From positions 17,236,001 to 17,300,000 of the forward strand of contig NC_047032.1 of NCBI RefSeq assembly GCF_902652985.1: a stretch of DNA of 64,000 nt. The letters are read 5' to 3'. Shown piece by piece: positions 55,901-64,000 of this stretch; positions within the stretch are counted from its first letter, which is position 1; every line of letters starts with the position of its first letter. The notes beneath the pieces are model-generated. The model searched no databases. It saw nothing but the letters and a program-made list of their open reading frames with translations, and was not told the origin of the DNA. Source of the DNA: Pecten maximus (lineage: Eukaryota). A program made the position numbers and the translations under genes.

Positions 55901-57362
55901 TTTCTCTGAAAATAAATCCCAAAATGCAACGGCGGGTTTTACAGTCCATACAAAATGGCGGAACTTCCCAAGCGTGGAATTGCGAAAACGCAGACAGATT
56001 CTGCCAAAAAAAAGACACAAAAATTTTGTGGAATCGGCGAAACCCGAGTATTTCCTTAGGAAAGGAAATGATTCGTTGGAACTTAACGAGAGAAGAAAAA
56101 GGAATAGACTCGAATTCCGATTTTTCCGGACGTCTATTGGATTGCTGGCTAGCTTTTGAACATTGTCAACTTCACCGATGTAAGATTTTATCGATGTTTT
56201 GTTGCATGCATATTGCTACATTTTAAAATTAAGTATTTGAATGTGAACTATGTTTGTTTATTTTGTTTAGTTAGTTTAAACAATATTTTATTCATTAATC
56301 AAAATAATCAATACATATACAAATATTTTTATGGGATTGGAAAACAAGCTTAGAGCTTATATTAATTCCTTTCCCATTTACATACAAAGGCAAATATAAA
56401 CCTTCGAACTGGAACACCTTACATCAATATGAAATGAAATAATGATATTTATTGGTTACAATTAAAACCAATAGACATATATACGTACATGTGTTGACTA
56501 GAGTTAATAGTATAAATAAACAACAGTGACGCCTGTAAATAAAATTACCTTATATAGTTACGTATAAATGTATGTCATTATAAATTCGATAGATGACATA
56601 ATGGGTTCAAAAATATCAGCTAAAACGTTTACTTAGCTTAATATGATTTTGTACTGTCAAGAATATTTGATCATTTTTCTGTATTGAATAAGTATCATTT
56701 CGCCATAGCAAAGTTTTTTCAGTTAATATTATATCTAACTGAAATAAAGTTTTTTTTGTTCAGTTACCGGGGTGTTACGCGAATATTCTGGTAATATGTT
56801 TAAATGAAAGCATTATTAGGCAAAGTTCACGTATGCTCGATATGTAAACAACGGCCATTCGTGTACATTGTAGTTTATGTGCAGTGCACGTTGTTACAGC
56901 CTCGCTCTCACTCCGTGACAAATCTCGCTATAAATATAAATGCGGCGAGTTATTTTTATACACTGATGTCTCAAGGACTCACCCGGTCAAGCGTCCAGGC
57001 CAGTGGTCATTTTAATGTTGGGAGAGCGTGAACGAGTATCTTGGATTGCCGTTAATACACGTGTGCAACTAGAATTTTAGGTTGTTCGGGAGTATGTGGC
57101 TTTAAAGATCTATTCGATTTACACAGGTACATAGTACGAAACCTGATCTCATAATCACATTATTATTGGGAATTAAATATACCACAATTCCGTTATTCTG
57201 TGTTATATAATCCGATACAGAGGAGAATTACTTGTTTCTTTGATTACTGCCTTAAACGTTTATTTACGTTAAACATATATTTACCTGTAGACGAATCCAG
57301 ATTTTGCTTGTCACTTTGGGGGTTACTGTTTCCGACAAGTTCATTGCTGGTACATGCTGCAC
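25818..57362 (-). CDS. Multi-exon cadherin-repeat single-pass membrane protein (non-classical/protocadherin-like), 23 coding exons, at least 1470 aa, 5'-incomplete
   Basis: Hand-assembled exon chain; all 22 junctions are phase-compatible and there is no internal stop. Contains cadherin motifs (LENEP, DVD, LDYE, NVNETPAF, DINDNYP), about 12 repeats, a TM segment and a terminal TGA. One donor is GC and one acceptor is GAG. Confidence 0.85.
26168..26205 (-). CDS. Small cytoplasmic exon (38 nt, 2-1): SSKTRKANKTPNN; NAGNAG acceptor
   Basis: ttacag|cag...AATC|gtgagt; phases bridge the TM exon and the terminal exon. Confidence 0.7.
26919..30328. mobile_element. Non-autonomous TIR DNA element with 11-bp subterminal repeats, interrupted by a LINE
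   Basis: TIR AGACCC(A/G)TGTACGTTCGCAGTTCCG at both ends; GCTACGGAAGT/GCTACGGTAAT arrays at 26957-27052 and 30150-30296. Confidence 0.85.
27350..29575 (-). mobile_element. L1/Tx1-type LINE: 5' UTR, disrupted ORF1 and ORF2 endonuclease; RT absent
   Basis: ORF1 coiled coil and PDAVIVKFL..KDR; EN motifs NIYGPN, GDYN, DPWR, SRLDVFL, TDHSAI, GCWKFN; several frameshifts. Confidence 0.9.
30498..30729 (-). CDS. Exon (232 nt, 1-2): end of last repeat, stalk and transmembrane helix (AWLTSFCFTTFCSICLIGYLVY)
   Basis: tttcag|...ATAG|gtgagt; 22-aa uncharged/hydrophobic run followed by basic residues. Confidence 0.85.
30766..31152. mobile_element. Hairpin-ended non-autonomous element (Crypton-like)
   Basis: Starts TAGAGG; palindrome about 30770-30937; inner IR TGTTTCTACCACA / TGTGGTATAAACA. 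Confidence 0.75.
31676..31898 (-). mobile_element. Full-length tRNA-derived V-domain SINE with 10-bp TSD
   Basis: A box TGGCCGAGTGG, B box GAGTTCGAAAC, V-like TTCTCCGGGTACTCC..TTTCCTCC, (CAAA)n tail; TSD GAATAATGAT at 31666-31675 and 31899-31908. Confidence 0.88.
31952..32246. repeat. Degenerate 50-bp intronic tandem repeat, 6 copies
   Basis: (T/C)AACGG recurs at 31964, 32014, 32064, 32113, 32163 and 32214. Confidence 0.85.
32279..32437 (-). CDS. Exon (159 nt, 1-1): GTVSYSINQTLLSSTYFGISGTGSLFAVADLETLGAGTVHDITVTAADTGGNS
   Basis: ttgtag|...CTG|gtaggc; AxDxG motif. Confidence 0.9.
32623..32980 (-). CDS. Exon (358 nt, 0-1): RGTSLGTPSYGVTDPESD...NDINDNYPVLD...TDADYSALY
   Basis: ttacag|...TATG|gtatga; ORF 32573..33037 with DINDNYP. 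Confidence 0.92.
34098..34288 (-). CDS. Exon (191 nt, 1-0): SGLITTSLSLDYESMTDTYFNITVTVSDG...QNVNETPAFSTTTYYLSANEEQV
   Basis: ttttag|...GTG|gtatgt; LDYE and NVNE motifs. Confidence 0.9.
34646..34831 (-). CDS. Exon (186 nt, 1-1): GINSDPVIKNLP...LENEPVGTTVFNVAAVDVD...FNVDS
   Basis: ttgtag|...TCAA|gtaagt; canonical cadherin xEN and DxD motifs. Confidence 0.9.
35002..35121 (-). CDS. Exon (120 nt, 1-1): GGVVSTNQLITGDPVGYDIHVDVTDATTSVGPRVLTVKIS
   Basis: tgacag|...CTG|gtaagt. Confidence 0.85.
38752..38880 (-). CDS. Exon (129 nt, 1-1): DSISIATSSSSGTNVFQVTGSDTEGDSLTYSMSYSSCPFQITS
   Basis: ttatag|...GCG|gtatga; ORF 38714..38914. Confidence 0.88.
39234..39392 (-). CDS. Exon (159 nt, 1-1): SYGIYSLVGHSFNYVTTKRYVLTINCTDSKDDVIGTFYVFVLPNTPPTFTNLP
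   Basis: Donor CCAG|gtaagt; the nearest in-phase acceptor is ttgag|. Confidence 0.8.
40490..40800. repeat. Degenerate 46-bp tandem repeat overlapping an exon end and splice donor
   Basis: CATGATCCTGAT...TTGACG-like unit repeated about 7 times; the last copy is the exon 3' end. Confidence 0.65.
40774..40951 (-). CDS. Exon (178 nt, 0-1): KPFTTSLPTYGYVTETTSTENLLHTIVTSDASPSDTVTC...VKVISGS
   Basis: tttcag|...TCAT|gtaagt; open frame, cadherin-like N-half. Confidence 0.85.
41637..41752 (-). CDS. Exon (116 nt, 1-0): LDVKVLSNPTSGIYVLEFQVVDNDGYSGTSQLNITIENA (C-half of repeat 7)
   Basis: ttttag|...GCG|gtatgt; homologous to the first half of the array exons. Confidence 0.85.
42596..42880 (-). CDS. Divergent array exon (285 nt, 1-1)
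   Basis: ttctag|TGGAA...ACAC|gtaagt; ORF 42588..42881. Confidence 0.9.
43542..43835 (-). CDS. Tandem array exon (294 nt, 1-1)
   Basis: tttcag|TTGAG...TCAC|gtgagt; ORF 43534..43830. Confidence 0.9.
44691..44984 (-). CDS. Tandem array exon (294 nt, 1-1)
   Basis: tttcag|TTGAG...TCAC|gtgagt; ORF 44659..44979. Confidence 0.9.
45648..45941 (-). CDS. Tandem array exon (294 nt, 1-1)
   Basis: ttatag|TTGAG...TCAC|gtgagt; ORF 45640..45936. Confidence 0.9.
46825..47118 (-). CDS. Tandem array exon (294 nt, 1-1)
   Basis: tttcag|TTGAG...TCAC|gtgagt; ORF 46817..47113. Confidence 0.9.
49302..49592 (-). CDS. Exon (291 nt, 1-1): C-half of repeat 1 plus N-half of repeat 2 (first, chimeric array unit)
   Basis: ttttag|TT...TCAC|gtgagt; ORF 49294..49665. 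Confidence 0.9.
50442..50612 (-). CDS. Exon (171 nt, 1-1): N-half of cadherin repeat 1 (PTFSNLDGSVSVSD...SDVDGD...YFSFDDSI)
   Basis: tcacag|...ATAC|gtaaga; ORF 50398..50634. Confidence 0.9.
52185..52345 (-). CDS. Exon (161 nt, 2-1): YQPSNAVIPY...AWGSESVAGTRNYAFNARLDP, end of N-terminal domain; GC donor
   Basis: ctacag| acceptor; ORF 52174..52380; the phase-1 donor required by the next exon is CAG|gcaggg. Confidence 0.75.
53768..54015 (+). mobile_element. Helentron-associated non-autonomous element (HINE/pearl-like)
   Basis: GACCTTGACCTTGACC core, GACG/ACAG microsatellite, 3' hairpin CCCCCGGTTTCACCGGTAGGGGG. Confidence 0.65.
54149..54407. mobile_element. TA-flanked MITE
   Basis: TACTGTAAAAGTG...CACTTTTATAGTA terminal inverted repeats. 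Confidence 0.7.
54514..54589 (-). CDS. Exon (76 nt, 1-2): ASNDGNGNTPISSGTIYVIQNDYLA
   Basis: tttcag|...CTAT|gtaagt; phases match both neighbours. Confidence 0.8.
55392..55559 (-). CDS. Exon (168 nt, 1-1): GLSVLHSGSGFQVQCTCGEIIQWGHYAKTTGDVYFQAWRDTGSTYELVGENLVTFT
   Basis: ttgcag|...ACAG|gtaaaa; matches ORF 55348..55569; beta-rich globular-looking sequence. Confidence 0.85.
55728..57101. mobile_element. Kolobok-like non-autonomous DNA transposon with a probable nested LINE 3' fragment (about 56280-56740)
   Basis: TTAA on both sides; TIR AGCCACAT(G/A)CTC(A/C)CGAA. Confidence 0.75.
57285..57362 (-). CDS. Exon (78 nt, phase 1-1): GAACTSNELVGNSNPQSDKQNLDSST, start of N-terminal domain
   Basis: tactag|GT...ACAG|gtaaat; open frame that joins the next exon in phase. 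Confidence 0.7.
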
Positions 57363-57487
57363 CTAGTACATAAAATAATACATGTACATTTTTATATACC
57401 GGTATGCGTATCAAAGTCTAACCTTCTACATGTATAATATTTCATGTGATGGCAAGGGCACAACCAGGACATCACTGACTGATCTCA

Positions 57488-57565
57488 AGCGTCGAACCAC
57501 GAACCTCGGGTCCTCATTTCAGGTTGCATGCCGAACGCTTTAAGCCACTGAATTATCGCGGCCAC
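57488..57565 (-). mobile_element. tRNA-derived SINE head remnant
   Basis: GGCCGCGATAATTCAGTGG...GGTTCGACGC, related to the head at 21056. Confidence 0.5.
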
Positions 57566-58407
57566 CTAAACGCCGCCGACTCTGTAAAAGGATGAACTAG
57601 CGACCTCTCGCTAAGTAAACTGACAACTACATTTACATACCTGCATATATTATACTGTAATTAAAGTTATTTCTCTTGAGTCTGACCTAGAATAAAGATA
57701 ATGTTCTCTCAACTTCCACATATCTCTTAAGCGTCATAGGAGATACGTTTCTTATAAATACTGGATACACATTGCTAACGAATACAATCTATTTTGACTT
57801 ATCATATTTTGTTACAATGGTAGACAGCTGTTTTAGCCAATCTGATTACTAGTAAACGTAGCCATGTAACAGCTGATTTTAATCAGATTACTTTTTTAAT
57901 CGCAGCTGGATGTATCCAGCGACCAATTGAGCTCCATCACTATTTTCAATCTTTTCAAATGATATTTTCGAAGACTTCAATTGAATTATAGGTCTCTATA
58001 TTTTCCTGAGTCGCCAACTTGTCAAACAATTACCCAACAATCTCACAATTTATGTAAGACATGGCTTGTCAATTCTAACCCTTAAACATTGCAACAGCTG
58101 ATTCATCTCTATTTGTTTATGTACAGCATTACTCTTAAAGAAGACACGCGCTACAATTGCTCGGTATTTCTATCTCGGCTAGCTTGACTAGCCATACATA
58201 ATACAATTTACATTAATAGTAAATCATGTAAAATCTCTCCTTCGGAATTCTAGAATATTGACAGAACGTTTGTCTGTTAGCTTGCTAGGTTTTTTGCCCC
58301 GTGAACAGACTGTAGTAGTTGGTGACTACCCTATTGACAGACCGTCTCTTCAAACCATACATTGTACTTTAATACGAGCTTCGTTAAAACATGGTGATAC
58401 TGTATTT

Positions 58408-58509
58408 CGATCGATGATACGATCGATCGATCGATCGAGAGACGCGGGCGGGCGGGCGGGCGGGTGGGCGGACGGACGGACGGACGGACGGACAGACAGA
58501 CAGACAGAC
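58408..58509. repeat. Compound tetranucleotide microsatellite GATC/GGGC/GGAC/AGAC
   Basis: Visible runs. Confidence 0.9.
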
Positions 58510-58850
58510 CAGGAATCATAATTTATAACACCAGGAATCATGATTTATAACAGCAGGAATCATAATTTATAACAGCAGGAATCATAATTTATAACAGCAG
58601 GAATCATGATTTATAACAGCAGGAATCATGATTTATAACAGCAGGAATCATGATTTATAACACCAGGAATCATGATTTATAACAGCAGGAATAATAATTT
58701 ATTACATCAGGAATCATGATTTATAACACCAGGAATCATGATTTATAATATAAGGAATCATGATTTATGATATCAGGAATCATAATTTATAATATCAGGA
58801 ATCATAATTTATAACACCAGGAATCATAATTTATAATAGGAATAATAATT
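58510..58850. repeat. 22-bp tandem repeat (CAGGAATCAT(A/G)ATTTATAACA(C/G)), about 15 copies
   Basis: 22-bp period. Confidence 0.92.
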
Positions 58851-59134
58851 TGATGTACATAGCTCGGGAGTCAAGGCAATGTCGACAGTTCCTCACAGAA
58901 TGTATTCGCTTGGTTCAGTATTTTGTCATGCACACTTTTTACCATCTTAGTGTCCATAATATTATAGTGAAGTCAAAAAGACCTGGCGCTATAATAACAA
59001 TCTCGGACAATTTATACCCCAGTCAACAAACGAACTGTCACGCCTGTGACATCTTTAAATAGTTGTGATATCAGAAACTCTAGGTAAAAACTATTTTAAC
59101 CGCGTGATTGATATAGAAGAGTGGCTCGACTTAT

Positions 59135-59476
59135 TTAAGCATTGAATGGCTTTCAGTTGGCATTCATAGTCAATATGAATGCCAACTGGACAGAGGCAAA
59201 TTCCATGAAGCGCGCTAGCGCTTCATGTTGAATTTGCCTCTGTCCAGTTTGCATTCATATTGACTATGAATGCCAACTGAAAGCCGTTCAATTCTTATAT
59301 TTACCATCTGCGATTTTTTTTATTTGTCATGCGATTTTTGTTTGAAATATTCAAATTCAAATTTCCCGCGCTTACCAGTAGCAGAGATCACTTCCTTTTG
59401 GCAGTTCATAGGCTGGTGAACTCGCAACTGAATTGGTAGGGTTATATAGTGGCAGTGCCATACAATGGTAAATATA
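59135..59476. mobile_element. Hairpin-ended non-autonomous element (Crypton-like)
   Basis: Near-perfect palindrome 59142-59291 centred on AGCGCGCTAGCGCT; inner IR TATATTTACCAT / ATGGTAAATATA. Confidence 0.8.
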
Positions 59477-60499
59477 GATATGTGGTCATTTCAGGCAGTT
59501 TTCCTCACAAAGTGTTGATCGTACAGCGCGTTTTCCCTCCAAATATGTGATTCTGATCATACAACAGACAGGTAGTCTAAACAATTATCACTAGACTGAG
59601 GGTTTATTCACATAAATTATCAAAGGCATGTTTGGCTTGCGTCACGAACCTATTAATTTTTCAATGCATGTTTCATTTCCTCCGGTTTCCAGTAACCTTC
59701 CAAACTGACATTTAACATATCTGCGAAAATACACATTGGGTAAAAAGGCCCATGTGATTGAGAAAACATACCAAATACACACTGAATACGTTGTTTACTC
59801 ACTACCATTATATAAAGGAAATCTGACACGATTGGGTCTCTTTATCTTGATTTCAAAATATCGCATGAGTAGAGATATCTAATCGTAAAAACTTGGTACA
59901 ACTGTATGTCCTTGAGTGGGGTATTCATTTGGGTAGAAGCATGATTCAGTCATTTCGTCACTAACGTTTAGATACATATTTTATACCCAATATAAACAAG
60001 CAGTTCGTTAGTACGTACGTACGGGGTGTTCTCCGTTTGCCCACATTTGTAAAGTTCAAAGAAAAGTGTTGATATAGGAGAACGAACGAAAACCAATTAT
60101 AGTCTGTTCCATATTAATTTTACCTGTGTTTTACCTGTAGTCATTTACCTGTGCTACATGTAGAAAGTGGGGAGACATATATGTATACACACGAACCTCT
60201 TACCTGTGAAAATGTGGGGAAACAATTCTCTTAAAATCCTTAATAGATATAATCATTATTATTAAAACATACTTTTCAGAAAACACTAATATAACATGAA
60301 AAAATAAGAAACATGTAGATAATACAGTTCAGTAAGCAACATATGTCACTAAGTTATCACTAATTACATACATGTACATTTCAGTCAGCATGCATCATTG
60401 GAAAAAAAACACACACTAATATTACATGTACATGTAGTTGAATCGGGCCCTACAGTATATGGCATTATCAAAAACGGCATTACAGTTCATACACTGGTT

Positions 60500-61140
60500 T
60501 TTATCTTTACTCCAAGTGAAGAAGGTGTGATGCTGCGTCGGCGATGTCCATCAGGTTATGTGGTTCTGCAGGCTTCCCTTGAGTTGGTCGAGGCGGTGGT
60601 CGATGTTCCAGTATCTCTTGGTGTGTGGTCTGGTTGGCCCTCCTGCGTCCTTCTGTATCCTGCTGATCTCGTTGCTGGCCTGGATCTCATGGAATGTTGG
60701 AATGGGAGTGGCCAAGTTCTTCTTCAGTTCCTTTGCCAGGCTTCCAGGTCGTTGGTGGTGCGACGTCCCTCTGTCTAAGTAGTGGTTCCAAGTCCGTCTG
60801 TCTCCCTCTATCCATTGTGACACGACGTAGTTTGTAAAGGGTAGGGTGTTCACGGGTAGGTCAGCATCCTCTAGTTCTTCCAAGGCGTTAAACCACATCT
60901 TCAACACTCTCCATTAGCACCAAGGGTAATACAGCGGCCAGGCGTACCGATCTGTTGATAGAGTTGTCGGTCCTGTAAATCTTCTATACAAACCTGTCTG
61001 TTGAGCCTTTCTCCATATACTGTACATTGTGTGAAGTGGAAAAAAACATCCCTTATGACTGCGACCCCGGGGAAAACCTGACGACTGGCGTTGTGGGCAG
61101 CTGTCTCATAATCTATAAAAACGGTGGAGGGCATCATCAG
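60500..61140 (-). pseudogene. Frameshifted MULE (Mutator-like) transposase fragment
   Basis: PSTVFIDYETAAHNASRQVFPG...FFHFTQC and FTNYVVSQWI...WNHY match the MULE DFE..A..NA...VFP...CxFH and YF...W...WN patterns. Confidence 0.85.
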
Positions 61141-62290
61141 CTTAGATCATCATAATGCATTTTTTCCAAGTAGTAAAAGTTATAATCTTTACATTAATAG
61201 GCAGTTTACTCTCAAGATAAAACCCAAGTTTGTTCGAGTCTTAAGTCATGAAAATTCTTAATTCTACCCGAATTATCACTATTTACCGCAAAGACATATA
61301 CGATATTTGACTACAATACGCCTTTTCCCTGTACATTTCGGCGTTAATTTCATTACATGTAGGCACAAATACTCATATAATCATCGTGTGGACATAAATT
61401 TCATCAATAGAAATTGTGCATGATTCTGATGTCCGAACGAAGGAATATCCCTTAAAAATCTTTGATTTAATCGATTTCTTAAAATCCAATTAATATAGTA
61501 AAAAAGAAAAACACATGTGCATCTTATAGGTCTAAGTTACCATCATGATAAACTCAGGTAACAGGTGAACAACACAGGTAAACAAGACATATCTTTAAAA
61601 CAGATAAACGACATACATTAATGTAGTTTAAATGCTGGTGGTTATAATGTAAAACTGCTGGTGAAATGAATTAACGAATTAATACGTTTCAGCACGGATA
61701 AAAAAATTATATCAGTTTGAATCATTTTTGGTGATAATAAGACTGCATTTGAATCAGGAATATAATTGTATTAATGTGTCACTTGAAAAGATACATCCAC
61801 TTATTCAGCTTGCATGCAGTCTTAACATTGTTTCGTTTTTAACTTTATATCTGCATTTTGCATTTACCGCTACATTGACCAATCACCTACTTCATCTTGA
61901 CCAGTAACGCCACCTGTCGCGTCATATCCGGGGTCAAAGGAATATTATACGACTCTGCCGAACTAGAGAAACATAAACACCCCAAAGCAAAGACCAGAAT
62001 GCGTGGTTAGAAAGGAAGCCATTTAAGGCTATATGTTATATATAAATATAAATATCAGTGCGCGTCTCTAATCCTTAAATGTTTCAGTTGAAACAGATTT
62101 CCACTCCTTTGTAATTTTCACAGATAAACTCTTCGTGACATGAGTATTCATGTTAAATTCAACACTTGCCTGTATAATGGTGTTCTATTTGAAATACTCA
62201 AACATAAATCAACTTGAGTTGAAACAAACTGAAATACTTCCTTATGACCGCATTGTTACACTTTTCAGTCTTGCAGTTCTCTTGAGATAC

Positions 62291-62483
62291 GGTTTTGGTT
62301 TGGTTTGTTTTTGTTTAACGTACTATTAACAGCCAGGGTCATTTAAGGACGTGCCAGGTTTTGGAGGTGGAGGAAAGCTGGAGTACCCGGAGATAAACCA
62401 CCGGCCTACGGTCAGTACCTGGCAACTGCCCCACGTAGGTTTCGAACTCGCAACCCAGAGGTGGAGGGCTGGTGTTAAAGTGT
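62291..62483 (-). mobile_element. 5'-truncated copy of the V-domain SINE at 31676-31898
   Basis: Near-identical sequence; lacks the A-box end. Confidence 0.88.
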
Positions 62484-64000
62484 TCATTAACACATAGAGA
62501 GTCAGGAATACTGACACCGTGTATGTTATACTGAGATGATGTGATAATGCAGCTTTACGGAACTAATAATATACACTTCCTATCCAAGGGTTCTAACGAA
62601 TAACGTAATATCATATTTCCGCCTAAAAGAAGACATATGTTCGCCTGAACAGTTACATTTGTATAAGCTTATGGACGACATGCTTGAACTTTAAAGTTTC
62701 TTTTTTTTAAATAAGTATCGTACGTACTATTTAATTAGTATTTATCACGCTTAATGTCTTAATGGGGAACTGTTCTGAAAAAAGTAACCCCTGCGGTCGG
62801 GCCGTTAGACCCCCTTACCATTTCACAATCGTTTTGGGAATCCAACCCAAATCGACATTTTGCGTCATTATCTGCACATAATGATACCGACAAGTCAATT
62901 TATAAATGCTTGAAACTTAACGATATTTTTGAAATATAAGACTATCCAGTGAAATTGACAAAAAATGTAAACATAAACCCTGAAATATGTTCTCGACACA
63001 TCCGATTTGATAGTACTGTATTTTAAATATCCATGCTCATTTAGCATATGTAACAAATATGTATAGAGAACGAATGTAACGTTAACCGGCAGTAATCATT
63101 TTAACGCGTTCAACAAATACATACAATGGTTTAAAATGTGTTTAGATTTATACTAAGTCGAAGGTCGTGGATACATGCTGGGAAATAATATAGTCCTGCT
63201 TGAAACAAGCATTTTCATTGGCTTAAAAAAATATTTAATCTGCACATACTCAAGTAATGTGAAAATTGACGTCGCCGACAAACGCCGACTGGGTTGTAAT
63301 TTCTAACACTGAAACAGGAGTGTACTCTTATCATAAACCGCCAGGTCGGTTGTTCAGAGAGTGCACGCCGTTTTTTTTTTTTTGTGATATATAAGGATTG
63401 AATGGACTTTATTTTTCATTTTCATTGCGGCTCTGAAAAGCAGTAGCTATCTACATATCTTCCGAGGTTTGCTATGTACATACCTACTGCTATTCATGGC
63501 TACAATAAAATCAAAATTCAATTTATATATCTACATAAGAGTGATTTAAGAATAAAAGCATAAAGAACAGAGTCATCTTAAATCATTTAACTTTTGATAA
63601 CTATCAATGAAAATTTGCAAAATTAATGGAACAGCCGGTGATCCCGCCAATGCACCATGCCATCATTTACCGTGTCCTTCCGCAGTTTTCAGTCGTTTTT
63701 ATTTCTTTTTTTTTCATAAAAAAAAAAAATAAACATCAGATAATATCAAATTGATTAATATGTGTTAAATTAGATTTTTCATGTTGATAAATGGCAAGGA
63801 AAACACAATCTACGGAAAAGAAATGAGGACTATTTTTCTGGCGTATTGCTATTTAATTTATGCTCTGTGTGGAAAATCAGCACGTGAAACGATTATTTAA
63901 GGCTGTATTTATAGTTTTTTCATGGTCAAAATTTTGTTGTTTTTTTACTTTGAATAATAAGAAACCAGAATGTAAATATATTTCAACAACATAAGAGATA

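Noticed and set aside
59800-59867. Candidate first exon MRYFEIKIKRPNRVRFPLYNG with a phase-1 GTGAGT donor
   Set aside because: Phase fits, but it is basic rather than signal-peptide-like and has no other support.
61962-62022. Hydrophobic mini-ORF MASFLTTHSGLCFGVFMFL as the signal exon
   Set aside because: It ends in TAG with no convincing in-phase donor.

Overview
AT-rich eukaryotic (animal) genomic DNA. The repeat content (V- and CORE-type tRNA SINEs, Helentron/HINE-like, Kolobok-like and hairpin elements) suggests a bivalve mollusc, but that assignment is an inference. The main content is one large minus-strand, multi-exon gene that I assembled by hand from splice sites and reading phases. 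It has 23 in-frame coding exons (57362 down to the stop at 25818; 4412 nt, at least 1470 aa), and the start/signal-peptide exon was not located. The product is a single-pass cadherin-repeat membrane protein: an unrecognised Cys/Trp-containing N-terminal domain, about 12 cadherin-like repeats, a TM helix and a short cytoplasmic tail ending in QTTRL. Its distal stalk is built from a recently expanded array of near-identical phase-1 exons that straddle domain boundaries. In these repeats the calcium-binding linker motifs are replaced by Cys residues placed where an inter-domain disulfide could form. The first 25 kb is repeat-dominated: a 6.2-kb 28-bp satellite with about 1.1-kb higher-order duplications, decayed LINE and DIRS-like fragments, SINEs, and hairpin-ended non-autonomous elements, one of which has produced a 40-bp tandem array. 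Introns and the upstream region carry nested transposons and a dead MULE transposase. No prokaryotic features, CRISPR, rRNA or bona fide tRNA genes were found.
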